Shown in pieces: positions 9,790-19,543 of a stretch of DNA of 64,000 nucleotides. A model generated the notes under the pieces. It was not told the DNA's origin. It ran no database searches and saw only the letters and a list, made by a program, of their open reading frames with translations. The position numbers and the translations under genes were made by a program. How positions within the stretch are numbered: the stretch's first letter is position 1; each line of letters opens with the position of its first letter. This DNA comes from Tagaea sp. (GTDB lineage: Bacteria; Pseudomonadota; Alphaproteobacteria; CACIAM-22H2): contig JAYRYC010000002.1 of the NCBI GenBank assembly GCA_041917215.1, positions 337,334 through 401,333 on the forward strand. The letters run 5' to 3'.

Positions 9790-10700
9790 GCCGCTGCGGT
9801 TTCGTCGCCTTGCTGGGCGTGCCCAACGCGGGCAAGTCGACGCTGGTCAATCGCCTGGTGGGTGCCAAGGTCGCGATCGTCTCGCCCAAAGTGCAGACGA
9901 CGCGCACGCGCGTGACCGGCATTCTGGTCGAGAACGAAACGCAGGCGATCTTCGTCGATCTGCCCGGCGTGTTCGCGCCCAAGCGCCGCTTGGATCGCGC
10001 GATGGTCGATGCCGCGTGGCGCGGCGTCGAGGAAGCCGACGCCGTGCTGCTGGTCGTCGATGCGCCGCGCGCGTTGAAGCGCGGCGACGGCGACGAGGAG
10101 GAGAAGATCGTCCTCGACGGTCTCGCCAAGCGCGGCATGAAGGCGGATCTCGCGATCAACAAAATCGACTTGATCGCACCACATGAACTACTCGCTTTGG
10201 CCAAGCGCTATTCGGAGACGGGCCATATCCGCGACGTGTTCATGGTCTCGGCGCAGACCGGCAATGGCTGCGACGTGCTGAAAGCGAAACTCCTCGCGAA
10301 GCTGCCCGAAGGCCCGTTCCATTACCCCGAGGACGAGATCTCCGATCTGCCCGCGCGCTTGCTGGCGGCGGAGGTGACGCGCGAGCAGGTGTTCCGCAAG
10401 TTGCACAAGGAGTTGCCGTATTCCTCGGCGGTCGAGACGACCAAGTTCGAGGAACGCGAGGACGGTTCCGCGCGCATCGAGCAGACGATCCACGTGGCGC
10501 GCGAAGGCCAGCGCAAGATCGTGATCGGCGCCAAGGGCGCCATGCTCAAGACGATCGGGCAGGGGGCCCGCTTCGAACTCGCCAAGCTGCTCGACCGGCA
10601 AGTGCATCTGTTCCTGCACGTGAAGGTCGATCCCAAATGGGACGAGAAGCGCGATTTCTTCCAGGAATGGGGCCTGGAGTTCAATCCCGAGAAGGGATGA
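9786..10700 (+). CDS. era: GTPase Era
   Basis: Start MSRCGFVALLGVPNAGKSTLVN (index 65 of ORF 9591..10700), ATGA overlap with the rnc stop. G1-G4 motifs plus a KH domain. Confidence 0.9.
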   Translation: MSRCGFVALLGVPNAGKSTLVNRLVGAKVAIVSPKVQTTRTRVTGILVENETQAIFVDLPGVFAPKRRLDRAMVDAAWRGVEEADAVLLVVDAPRALKRGDGDEEEKIVLDGLAKRGMKADLAINKIDLIAPHELLALAKRYSETGHIRDVFMVSAQTGNGCDVLKAKLLAKLPEGPFHYPEDEISDLPARLLAAEVTREQVFRKLHKELPYSSAVETTKFEEREDGSARIEQTIHVAREGQRKIVIGAKGAMLKTIGQGARFELAKLLDRQVHLFLHVKVDPKWDEKRDFFQEWGLEFNPEKG

Positions 10701-10747
10701 GCGTCCCCTCTTGACGGCCCTATAATTGTCCAATGTATTATTGGGCA

Positions 10748-11905
10748 ATGTTGAGGCGTTTTTTAATTTACTTGATCGCGCCGTTTCTGGCCTTCGCTCT
10801 GTCGGCCGCGCCGGCCTTTGCGCAGTACACCATCCACGACGGCATGAAGGATCTGCCCAATCGCGGACCAGCCGCCGCACTCGGCCTCGTGATTTGGAAT
10901 CATGGCGTCTCCGGCCAGCACGAACAGAGCCACATCCCGCCGGCCTATGTCGCGACCTTGATGCGCGCGGGCTGGGACGTTCGCCGCATCGCGCGCGACG
11001 CGCTCAACGAAAGCAATTGGGCATCGGCCGGCCAACGCCACGTGGCGCGGACGGTCGAGGAAGTCGCGAAAGCGAAATCGGAGGGCTACAAGCGCATCGT
11101 GCTGGCCGGCCAAAGCTATGGCGGCGCGATTACGCTGGAAGCGGGACGCCAGACGGAAGTCTGGGCGATCGTTCCGAGCGCGCCGGGTACCGGCATTTCG
11201 CACGCCCAGATCGGCGCGTTCACCGATCAAAACCAGGGCACCAATCAGCTTTTCGCGGCGCTCGCTTCGACGAAGGCGGCGCGCGCGATCGGCATATTGC
11301 CGGCGCAGGACGAGTATTCGCTTTCCAGCCCCGAACGCGGACGGCGCTCGCGGGAGATCGCGACGGAAAAGGGCCTTCTCTATCTGGCGCTCGACGACGA
11401 TAGCGGCCTCGTCTCGCATCACGCGTCGAGCTCCGCTTTGATGAATTTCGCGTATGGCGAGTGCGTCGCGCGGTTTCTCGATCCGGAATTCGCGCCGAAA
11501 GCGGGCGTCAATCTCTGCGGCCAAAACGGGTTGCCCGTCGGGCCGCGCCGGCTTGCCGAGGCGAACTCGCTCGCGCCGGCGAAAATGCCGAGCGACCAGC
11601 CTTGGGCCTTCTATCAGGGCGTCTGGAGCGGCGCTTGGACCGATCCGGCTTTGGTCACGGTGGCGCTCGAGAAGGAAGGCGACGGCTATGCGCTCGTCTA
11701 TCTCTACGGCGAGCGCGGAACGGACAAGCTGCGTCGGCGCACGCGAACACCCGCGACGCTCGACGGGCGCAACGTCGTCACCCAAGTAAATCAGCAGAAG
11801 GTCACGCTGATCTACGATATGGCGACACGCCAAGTCCGCCTGCGGTGGGACGACCAGCAAGGCCGCTTCGGCACCACGCTGTTGCGAAAGGATCGCGACG
11901 GCTGA
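10748..11905 (+). CDS. secreted alpha/beta hydrolase (GxSxG), unknown substrate
   Basis: Signal peptide MLRRFLIYLIAPFLAFALSAAPAFA. Nucleophile elbow LAGQSYGGAI. Confidence 0.55.
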   Translation: MLRRFLIYLIAPFLAFALSAAPAFAQYTIHDGMKDLPNRGPAAALGLVIWNHGVSGQHEQSHIPPAYVATLMRAGWDVRRIARDALNESNWASAGQRHVARTVEEVAKAKSEGYKRIVLAGQSYGGAITLEAGRQTEVWAIVPSAPGTGISHAQIGAFTDQNQGTNQLFAALASTKAARAIGILPAQDEYSLSSPERGRRSREIATEKGLLYLALDDDSGLVSHHASSSALMNFAYGECVARFLDPEFAPKAGVNLCGQNGLPVGPRRLAEANSLAPAKMPSDQPWAFYQGVWSGAWTDPALVTVALEKEGDGYALVYLYGERGTDKLRRRTRTPATLDGRNVVTQVNQQKVTLIYDMATRQVRLRWDDQQGRFGTTLLRKDRDG

Positions 11906-12098
11906 TCGCCGCCGCATACGGCGTTTCGAGATTCGGACCGCGTTTGCGGCGTTCCGGTCCGATCCAATTATAAATCCCGCAACTGTGCGCTTCTGCCGCA
12001 GCTTCATTTCATGTCGGATTAAGCGGCCGGGCCCCGAATATCCCGTGCGCGCCCGGAAAGGGTTGCGAACGGATTTTACATTTTCGGGGGAGAAAAAC

Positions 12099-13454
12099 AT
12101 GTCCGGCACCGATAACGAACTTTCACGCCGCCTGGAATTCATCGCGCTCGATCCGGCGGCACGCGCCGTGCTGCGCGAAGCCAAGCCGATGGTCGATGCG
12201 GTCGTCCCCAGTGTTATGGACGCGTTCTACGACCATGTGCGCAAATTCCCGGAAATGGCGGCGATGTTCCAGGGCGGCGACGTCGCCATGGCGCGCGGCC
12301 GTGCGGCGCAGATCGAGCATTGGCGCAATATCGTCTCGGGCGAATTCTCGGCCGATTACATCGCGGCCGTCCGGCGTATCGGCCAGCGCCACAGCCGCAT
12401 CGGTCTCGATCCGCGCTGGTATATCGGCGGCTACGCCTTCATCGCCGCGCGCCTGATGGATGCGGTGGTGCGCGCCTATAACAGCCGCTGGAACCCCGCG
12501 CAGGCCAACGCGAAGATCGCGGCGGTGCAATCGGCGTTGCTGAAAGCGACCATGCTCGACATGGATTACGCGATCTCGATCTATCTCGAGGAAAACAAGA
12601 AGGCCGCCGACGCGAAGCTCGAAGCGCTGGCGGCCGAATTCGACGCCAGCGTGAAGAAGGTCGTCGATGGCGTGGCGCACGCGGCCGAATCGATGCGCTC
12701 GACGGCGGGGCAATTGTCGCAAGCCGCGACGCACACGACGACCCAGGCCGAAGCGGTCGCCAATTCCGCGCAATCCGCGTCGGACAACGTGCAGACGGTG
12801 GCGTCGGCGGCCGAAGAGCTTTCCGCCTCGATCCGCGAAATCGGCGCGCGCATGGAGGAAACGGCGCGTATCGTCGCGCGCGCGGCCGAGCAATCGCAGC
12901 GCTCGGACCAGCTCATCTCCGGCCTCGCGCAATCGACCGATCATATCGGCAGCGTCGTCGATCTGATCCGTCAGATCGCGGGCCAGACCAATCTTCTCGC
13001 CCTCAACGCCACGATCGAAGCCGCGCGCGCGGGCGATGCGGGCAAGGGCTTCACGGTCGTGGCGGGCGAGGTCAAAAGCCTCGCAGGGCAGACCGCGAAG
13101 GCGACCGAGGAAATCGGCAAGTCGATCACCGGCGTGCAGGAAGCGACGCAAGCCTCGGTCGGCGCGATCCGCGACGTCGACCGCGTGATCTCCGATCTCG
13201 ACAAGGTGGCGCAAGGTGTGGCCGCCGCGGTCGAGCAGCAGCGCTCGGCGACGCAGGAGATCGCGCGCTCGGTGCAGCAGGCGGCAAGCGGCACGACGGG
13301 TGTGACCGACACGATCAAGACCGTGTCGGATTCGGCCGCCGCGACGGGCCGCATGTCCGATCAGGTCGTCGAAGTGGCCGACGAATTGGGCCGCAACGCC
13401 GAACGTTTGAGCCAGGAAGTGAACGCGTTCCTCAGCCGGATCCGCGCCGCGTAA
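12099..13454 (+). CDS. globin-coupled sensor / soluble methyl-accepting chemotaxis protein (HemAT-like)
   Basis: Start MSGTDNEL (index 38 of ORF 11985..13454). N-terminal about 170 aa protoglobin-type sensor, then the MCP signalling core NLLALNATIEAARAGDAGKGFTVVAGEVKSLA. No TM or HAMP. Confidence 0.75.
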   Translation: MSGTDNELSRRLEFIALDPAARAVLREAKPMVDAVVPSVMDAFYDHVRKFPEMAAMFQGGDVAMARGRAAQIEHWRNIVSGEFSADYIAAVRRIGQRHSRIGLDPRWYIGGYAFIAARLMDAVVRAYNSRWNPAQANAKIAAVQSALLKATMLDMDYAISIYLEENKKAADAKLEALAAEFDASVKKVVDGVAHAAESMRSTAGQLSQAATHTTTQAEAVANSAQSASDNVQTVASAAEELSASIREIGARMEETARIVARAAEQSQRSDQLISGLAQSTDHIGSVVDLIRQIAGQTNLLALNATIEAARAGDAGKGFTVVAGEVKSLAGQTAKATEEIGKSITGVQEATQASVGAIRDVDRVISDLDKVAQGVAAAVEQQRSATQEIARSVQQAASGTTGVTDTIKTVSDSAAATGRMSDQVVEVADELGRNAERLSQEVNAFLSRIRAA

Positions 13455-14367
13455 GGGCCGCCGGCAACGGCGCGCCGGTCGCCAGATAGACGCCCGTCGT
13501 GATGGCCGCCAAGCCCAGCCAATCGGTGCTTGACGGCCATTCGCCGAGCAGCGGGATCGCGCTGAGCGTGGCGACGACGGGAACGAGCGAGGCGAGCGCC
13601 GCGCCGCGTGACGGGCCCAGGATCGTCAGCGTGCGGTTGAAGGTGAAGAGCGACACCGCACTCGGCAACACGCCTTGCATCAAAGCTTGAGCGAAGAGTT
13701 CGCCCCAGCTTTCGCGCAGCAGGCCCGAATCCTGCGACCACGCGACATAGATCGCGTAAGGCGGCAGATACAGGATCGCCGACCAGACGCAAACGACGGC
13801 CGCGACTTCGATCGCCGTCAGCCCGCTTTTGCGCATCGCGATCGTGTAGGACGCCCACAGCATCGCCGAGAATATGAACGTCGCTTGGCCGATCCATTCC
13901 TGGCCGGTGCCGTGATGGGCGCCGGCGAAAACCAGCGTGACCACGCCCAGCGGGATCAGCGCGAAGCCGATCTTGCGCGTGCCCGCGATCGTCTCGCCCA
14001 GCAACACGACTGATAGCAACGCGACGAAGAGCGGCATCGTGCCCGGCAGCATGACCGAGCCGTGGCTGATCGGCGCGTAGCGAAAGCCGATCGCCGAGAT
14101 GATCGCGTAGACGATTCCAGCTCCGCAGATCAGCGTCGTCCAAATGCCCCAGCCGATGCGCGCCGGGTGGAAGCGGCGCATGCGCAACGTCACGGGCAGC
14201 AGCACCAGCCCCGCCGAGGCGAAGCGCAACGCCGCGAGATCGAACGTGTCGAGCGTGGTCTTCGCGGCCGAACGCGTCGCGATCATCCACAGCGCCCAGA
14301 TCGAAATCGTGAGCAGCCCCCAGGCGTAACCGGTCAGCGCGGGGGCGGGCTTGGCTTGGTCGGTCAT
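13432..14367 (-). CDS. DMT-superfamily (EamA-like) transporter
   Basis: 311 aa, 10 predicted TM helices, duplicated EamA-like halves. 3' end overlaps the convergent MCP gene. Confidence 0.75.
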   Translation of the reverse strand: MTDQAKPAPALTGYAWGLLTISIWALWMIATRSAAKTTLDTFDLAALRFASAGLVLLPVTLRMRRFHPARIGWGIWTTLICGAGIVYAIISAIGFRYAPISHGSVMLPGTMPLFVALLSVVLLGETIAGTRKIGFALIPLGVVTLVFAGAHHGTGQEWIGQATFIFSAMLWASYTIAMRKSGLTAIEVAAVVCVWSAILYLPPYAIYVAWSQDSGLLRESWGELFAQALMQGVLPSAVSLFTFNRTLTILGPSRGAALASLVPVVATLSAIPLLGEWPSSTDWLGLAAITTGVYLATGAPLPAALTRRGSG

Positions 14368-14532
14368 CGGGGGCGAACGCTAGTGCGCCGGAAGCCCATT
14401 AGTAAATCAAATTGAAATCATGACGGCCATGACGTAAGCTAATGGCGTTTTATTGGTTCGATACACCCGCCAAAAGACGGGCGATTTCCGCAGAACCAAG
14501 TCCGCAGGGAAGTTACGCCAAGGAAAACATAG

Positions 14533-15426
14533 ATGAGTTCGTCGAGCATCAATGTCGGCCAGCTGCGCGCGTTTCTTGCCGTGCTGGAGGAGGGCGGGTT
14601 CACCGCCGCGGCGCATAAACTGGGTCTGACCCAATCGGGCGTCAGCCAGGCGGTCGCGGCCCTCGAGGAATCCTTGGGCGTCGTGCTGCTGCTGCGCAAC
14701 CGCGGCCGCGTCGCCCCGACCGCCGCCGGTGCGGCCATTCAGTCCGACGCGCGCCAAGCGTTGGAAGCGATCGAGCGCGTGCGCCATCGCGCCCAGGTGC
14801 TGATCGGCTTGCAATCGGGCCGCGTGCGCGTGGGTTCCGTCGCCTCGGCCGCTGCGCGATTGCTGCCGCCGATCGTCAAGAATTTCGGCGCGCGCTATCC
14901 CGGCATCGAAGTCGTGCTGATCGAAGGCACGGACAACGAAGTCCGCGACTGGGTGACCGGCGGGGCCATCGATATCGGCCTGACGGCCGAAGTGCCCAAG
15001 GATTACGATTCCGTGCCGGTGGCGGAAGACGATTTCCTCGCCATCATGCCGCGCAAGCACCGTTTGGCCGCGCGCCGCTCGATCCGCCCGGCCGATATCG
15101 CCGACGAACCTTTCGTCATGTCGAACGCCGGCTGCGAGGACGACGTGCGCGGCATTTTCCAGACCGACGGTATCGCGCCGAAGATCGCGTTCTCGGTGCG
15201 CGATCCCGCCGCATTGCTGGCGATGGTGCGTGAAGGCGTGGGCGTCTCGATCGTGCCAGAACTCGTCGTGCCGTCGGGCGAGCGGCGCTTGGCCGCGATC
15301 CCGTTGGAGCCGCCCGCACGGCGCAAGCTGTGCGCGGTCGCGCGCAAAGCGGGCCTCGCCCCGGCGGCGCGCGCGTTTTTGGATTCGCTCGCCGCCGCCG
15401 GTCGCCAGCACATGGCGCGGGGTTAG
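14533..15426 (+). CDS. LysR-family transcriptional regulator
   Basis: N-terminal HTH LRAFLAVLEEGGFTAAAHKLGLTQSGVSQAV and a LysR substrate-binding domain. Divergent from the DMT gene. Confidence 0.85.
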   Translation: MSSSSINVGQLRAFLAVLEEGGFTAAAHKLGLTQSGVSQAVAALEESLGVVLLLRNRGRVAPTAAGAAIQSDARQALEAIERVRHRAQVLIGLQSGRVRVGSVASAAARLLPPIVKNFGARYPGIEVVLIEGTDNEVRDWVTGGAIDIGLTAEVPKDYDSVPVAEDDFLAIMPRKHRLAARRSIRPADIADEPFVMSNAGCEDDVRGIFQTDGIAPKIAFSVRDPAALLAMVREGVGVSIVPELVVPSGERRLAAIPLEPPARRKLCAVARKAGLAPAARAFLDSLAAAGRQHMARG

Positions 15427-16743
15427 TTAGCGCCGCTTCTTCGCCTTCGGCTTGCCGAACACGCGCGCGAACAGCGTGTCGACGTGTTTGGTGTGGTAGC
15501 CGAGATCGAACATCGCGTCGATCTGCTTGGCGTTCATCTTCTTGGCGACGATCGGATCGGCTTTCAGCCGTTCCTGGAACGAGCCGCCCGCCGACCACGC
15601 CGCCATCGCGTTCGATTGCACGATGCGATAGGCGTCTTCGCGGCTCACGCCGGCTTGCGTCAGCGCCAACAGCACGCGCTGCGAATGGACGAGACCGCCC
15701 AGCGCGTCCAAGTTGGCCTTCACGCGATCCTTGTAGATCACCATCTTCTCGATCATGCCGGCGAGGCGATGGAGCGCGAAATCCAGCGTGATCGTCGCGT
15801 CGGGCCCGAACACGCGCTCGACCGCCGAGTGCGAAATATCGCGCTCGTGCCATAGCGCCACATTCTCCAACGCCGGCGTCACCGACGCGCGCACGATGCG
15901 CGCGAGACCGGTGAGGTTCTCCGACAGCACCGGGTTGCGCTTGTGCGGCATCGCCGACGAGCCCTTTTGGCCGGGGCTGAAATATTCCTCGGCCTCGCGC
16001 ATTTCGGTGCGTTGAAGATGGCGGACCTCGATCGCGAAACGCTCGATCGACGAGGCGATGACGCCCAGCGTGGCGAAATACATCGCGTGCCGGTCGCGCG
16101 GGATCACCTGGGTCGAGATCGTTTCGGGCACCAGGCCCATCTTCTTCGCGACATGCGCTTCGACGCGCGGATCGATATTGGCGAAAGTACCGACCGCACC
16201 CGAAATCGCGCAGGTCGCGATTTCCGCGCGCGCGGCTTCCAGGCGTTTGCGGTTGCGCAGGAACTCGGCATAGAAGCCGGTGAATTTCAGGCCGAAGGTC
16301 GTCGGCTCCGCATGGATGCCGTGGCTGCGGCCGATCGTCGGCAGATACTTCGTTTCGTGCGCGCGCTTCTTCAGCGCCGCGAGAACGCGGTCGAGCCCTT
16401 CGAGCAACAGGTCGCTCGCGCGCGCCAGCTGCACCGACAAGGTCGTGTCGAGCACGTCGGAGCTGGTCATGCCCTGGTGCACGAAGCGCGCGTCGGGGCC
16501 GACATATTCGGCGAGGTTGGTGAGGAACGCGATGACGTCGTGCTTGGTCTCGCGCTCGATCGCGTCGATGCGCGCGATCTCCCACTTGCCCTTCTTCCAG
16601 ATCGTCTGGGCGGCCTTCTTGGGGATCACGCCCAACGCGGCTTGCGCGTCGCAAGCATGGGCTTCGATCTCGAACCAAATACGGAATTTGCTTTCGGGCT
16701 CCCAGATCGCAGTCATCTGGGGGCGGCTATAGCGCGGGATCAT
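15427..16743 (-). CDS. purB: adenylosuccinate lyase
   Basis: 438 aa. MIPRYSRPQM...GSSAMPHKRNP (fumarate-lyase signature) and overall PurB-type length. Confidence 0.9.
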   Translation of the reverse strand: MIPRYSRPQMTAIWEPESKFRIWFEIEAHACDAQAALGVIPKKAAQTIWKKGKWEIARIDAIERETKHDVIAFLTNLAEYVGPDARFVHQGMTSSDVLDTTLSVQLARASDLLLEGLDRVLAALKKRAHETKYLPTIGRSHGIHAEPTTFGLKFTGFYAEFLRNRKRLEAARAEIATCAISGAVGTFANIDPRVEAHVAKKMGLVPETISTQVIPRDRHAMYFATLGVIASSIERFAIEVRHLQRTEMREAEEYFSPGQKGSSAMPHKRNPVLSENLTGLARIVRASVTPALENVALWHERDISHSAVERVFGPDATITLDFALHRLAGMIEKMVIYKDRVKANLDALGGLVHSQRVLLALTQAGVSREDAYRIVQSNAMAAWSAGGSFQERLKADPIVAKKMNAKQIDAMFDLGYHTKHVDTLFARVFGKPKAKKRR

Positions 16744-16869
16744 TTAGATGCACTCCTATTTAATCGGTCACACATAGCTGATCGGGTCCGATTTGGGCAA
16801 TTATGATCATTTCAGCAGTTGACAGGACAAAGCCGCATCACAACAATTGCAGGAGGCGGGTTCAAAGAA

Positions 16870-17664
16870 ATGAATCCATTGTGGATACAGATTGCAGAGT
16901 TAGGACAGGCAGCTAACCAAGCACTCTTGAAATGTTGTGTGTGGCTGGCACGGTGGCCTTTTGGTTTAGGCTATTTTTTTCAGTTTATTTTTTTAATTTT
17001 TTTTATTTTATATAAGATGCTCAGATGGGTTGGGCGTCGCGTTTTGATTTTCATTGCTTTGATCAGTGCTTTGTTCATCGCGACACAGCAAGAAGTGGTT
17101 AAGGAATACATCGACCGCTGGGCGCGCGGGTGTCGCATAGCGATTTCGATGGTCGAGCCAGCGCCCGACGAGGACAGGTTTTCTATTTTTCTATCAACAA
17201 GCGGCGTAATGCCGAATGAGATCAGTATAGTCGCTGCGATCAGCCTAAAGGACGAAAGTAAGGCTGATAGCGTGCCACGGATCAAATCGATCCGTACTAA
17301 AATTCCGACGGCTGGCGACAATCGTTTGGTTACCCGTGAATCGTTGTTGGTAGACAAAACGGAGGAGGAGCGGAAATCTGGTGTGTCCCAGCTTTCAATC
17401 AGCATACCCGGTCCGCTTCGCGGCGCTAATCATGTTGCGGAAGTAATGCTGACAAGAGCCGTTACTGAGGCGGATCGGAAGTTAGGTTGGCGTGTGTTTG
17501 GACTGGTTGCGATCGATGGTGGCACGCCCCCGGAGAAGGTTTGCAGTGTTTCCAGCCCGACTTATTTCGAAAATAAACTTGGCGCTGATGGCGCAAGGAT
17601 ATTTATCGCTTTAGTGCTTCTGCTTTTCCTTGGCTCCTTAGTTAGTCTGATAAAGAAGGAGTGA
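16870..17664 (+). CDS. hypothetical membrane protein (2 N-terminal TM + C-terminal TM), low-GC cassette gene 1
   Basis: ORF 16819..17664. TM segments WLARWPFGLGYFFQFIFLIFFILY, VLIFIALISALFIATQ and C-terminal IFIALVLLLFLGSLVSLI. Start ambiguous (16819, 16870 or 17017). No recognisable motif. Local GC is far below the flanks. Confidence 0.45.
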   Translation: MNPLWIQIAELGQAANQALLKCCVWLARWPFGLGYFFQFIFLIFFILYKMLRWVGRRVLIFIALISALFIATQQEVVKEYIDRWARGCRIAISMVEPAPDEDRFSIFLSTSGVMPNEISIVAAISLKDESKADSVPRIKSIRTKIPTAGDNRLVTRESLLVDKTEEERKSGVSQLSISIPGPLRGANHVAEVMLTRAVTEADRKLGWRVFGLVAIDGGTPPEKVCSVSSPTYFENKLGADGARIFIALVLLLFLGSLVSLIKKE

Positions 17665-18611
17665 AAATGCCAAATCTGTTCGTTGCGTTGGGCTTGGCGA
17701 TTTTCATCGCTTGCGGATACCCTGTATCCGAAGTCCTCGCTCAAGACGTGAAGTTCTCATTTAGAGCTACATATCTTGATGCGGGGAATACGCTATTGCT
17801 ACAGGGAGCCCCTGTCACAATTGAGAGTGAAAAGGCGACAGAAGTTTGGTGCGAGGCAAGAAGCGCCGAGGATGGGTCGATTGAATGCGCGGTCAGGAGC
17901 TGTGGTAGCGATTTGGATTCCAACAGAAGAGTTCATTACATCGTTTTTTCGGCCGCAGAATCTCGACGGCCCTCTCAACGGAAATTTCAAATTATAGCGC
18001 GTTTCCAGAATGGCCGATGTGTTGTTGAGCCGCAGACAGTACTGGCTGGTCCGACTGTGATTGAGTATCGAGATCGGATTCAGATCGCTTCGGCTGCGAA
18101 GTCTGATTTCGAGGCCATTTTCGGAGCGGCTACCGGCCTGTCCGCATTGCGTGTGGGCGGGGCCCGACATCAGATTTTTAGCAATAGCGTTGATGAGGCA
18201 TTGAAGCTTTTAGCTGACCCTATAGCGATCGATCGATTCACGGCTGTTCGAGAACTCGTTCAGCGCCAAGCCGCAGAAGCCGCGATGGAAAATCCCAGTT
18301 CCGCGAAGGCGGTCCTACTTAAGGCTCAGCTTGAGACATTGGCCGTCGCCGGCCTTTTAAGAGCGCAAGCTTTAGACGATCTCGAATTGAAAAGGGATTT
18401 GGTCGATATAGCGTTGGTCGGAGGATTGCCCGCTCTCGGTCGGCGCTTGCAAGAGACGCAAACAGGAAAATTGGACTCCGAACTCTCAGCTCAGATTTTT
18501 GACAATCTAGTTCTGCAATCGCAGCGTGGTCAATTTGGCCTTAAAGAATTTAGGAATTTAGAAAATCTCAATCGCGCTCTAATCATGATTCCTCGCGCGC
18601 AAGGAGGTTAA
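17661..18611 (+). CDS. hypothetical secreted/lipoprotein, low-GC cassette gene 2
   Basis: 316 aa. Signal peptide with Cys (MKMPNLFVALGLAIFIACG). Cys-containing N-terminal region, helical C-terminal half. ATGA overlap with gene 1. Confidence 0.5.
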   Translation: MKMPNLFVALGLAIFIACGYPVSEVLAQDVKFSFRATYLDAGNTLLLQGAPVTIESEKATEVWCEARSAEDGSIECAVRSCGSDLDSNRRVHYIVFSAAESRRPSQRKFQIIARFQNGRCVVEPQTVLAGPTVIEYRDRIQIASAAKSDFEAIFGAATGLSALRVGGARHQIFSNSVDEALKLLADPIAIDRFTAVRELVQRQAAEAAMENPSSAKAVLLKAQLETLAVAGLLRAQALDDLELKRDLVDIALVGGLPALGRRLQETQTGKLDSELSAQIFDNLVLQSQRGQFGLKEFRNLENLNRALIMIPRAQGG

Positions 18612-18617
18612 TTTGGG

Positions 18618-19253
18618 TCAAAGTCCGGCGAGTGCGGTGCCGATCATGCTGTCGCGGCCGACCAGGGCGGCGAGGCGGTCTTCGCTCCATCCCTCGGTCC
18701 CGGCCGGTCGCATCGGCACGACCAGATAGCGCATATCGGCCGTGGAATCGACGACGCGGATTTCCACGCTTTCGGGCAGGAAAGTCCCGAATTCCGCCAA
18801 GACCTTGCGCGGTTCTTTGACCGTGCGCGCGCGATAGGCGCTGGATTTGTACCAGGCGGGCGGCACGCCGAGAATCGCCTTGGGATAGCAGGAGCACAGC
18901 GTGCACACGACGACGTGATGGCGTTCGGGCGTGTTTTCGAGCGCCACGACGGTCGCCGAGTTGGATGTATCGACCCCCATCTCGTCGGCGGCGGCTTTCG
19001 CATCCTTCATCAGCCGCGCCTTGAACGCCGGATCGACCCAGGCGCGGGCGACGATCTTCGCCCCCATCGCCGGGCTGCGGCTGTCCATCAATTCGATCTG
19101 CTTGCGGATATCCTCCGCCGTCAGCACGCCCTTGGCGATCAGCAATTCGCGCACGGCGCGTTCCAGGCGCGCATATTCCGGGCGCGGCTCGGTCGCGCCG
19201 ACGGGGGCGTGATCGTCGTGGGTGTGCAGATGGTCGTGATGATCGCCGCTCAT
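18618..19253 (-). CDS. nitrile hydratase alpha subunit-like (Co-type motif) with His-rich N-terminus
   Basis: VVCTLCSCYP is the Co-type NHase / thiocyanate-hydrolase metal-binding motif. N-terminal MSGDHHDHLHTHDDH. Start at Met index 6, ATGA overlap with the upstream gene. Confidence 0.75.
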   Translation of the reverse strand: MSGDHHDHLHTHDDHAPVGATEPRPEYARLERAVRELLIAKGVLTAEDIRKQIELMDSRSPAMGAKIVARAWVDPAFKARLMKDAKAAADEMGVDTSNSATVVALENTPERHHVVVCTLCSCYPKAILGVPPAWYKSSAYRARTVKEPRKVLAEFGTFLPESVEIRVVDSTADMRYLVVPMRPAGTEGWSEDRLAALVGRDSMIGTALAGL

Positions 19254-19543
19254 GGCGCACGCTCCAGCCAATTCTCGTAAAGATCGGCGGTCAGGGTTTC
19301 GTTATGCGCGTTCGTGCCGGGAAACAGATCGGCCCGGTCGAACACGACCATATAGAGGGCGCGCTTGGGCGCGTCCTTGCGGCCGATGGCGAGGAACTCG
19401 GGATCGCCGAATTCGCCGATCAGCGTTTCGATCCGCCCCGTTTTGCCGCGCACGAAATGCGGCGTGCGGATATGGACCTTCACGCCCTTCGCCTCGGGCC
19501 AATCGTTGCGCACGGTGACGCGTGTACCCGGGGCGAAACTCAT
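19250..19543 (-). CDS. nitrile hydratase beta subunit, C-terminal half (separate ORF)
   Basis: MSFAPGTRVTVRNDWPEAKGVKVHIRTPHFVRGKTGRIE matches the NHase beta C-terminal barrel. Starts at the internal Met of ORF 19250..19648, with ATGA overlap to the N-half gene. Confidence 0.65.
   Translation of the reverse strand: MSFAPGTRVTVRNDWPEAKGVKVHIRTPHFVRGKTGRIETLIGEFGDPEFLAIGRKDAPKRALYMVVFDRADLFPGTNAHNETLTADLYENWLERAP

Noticed and set aside
11454-11973. Overlapping Arg-rich ORFs inside and after the secreted hydrolase gene
   Set aside because: Alternate-frame translations (RRRR runs) of a gene already explained by a signal-peptide-containing GxSxG hydrolase.
16791-18621. Short direct repeat ATTTGGG(T)CAA flanking the low-GC cassette
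   Set aside because: Only about 10 bp and imperfect; could be chance. Kept as a weak note inside the cassette finding.
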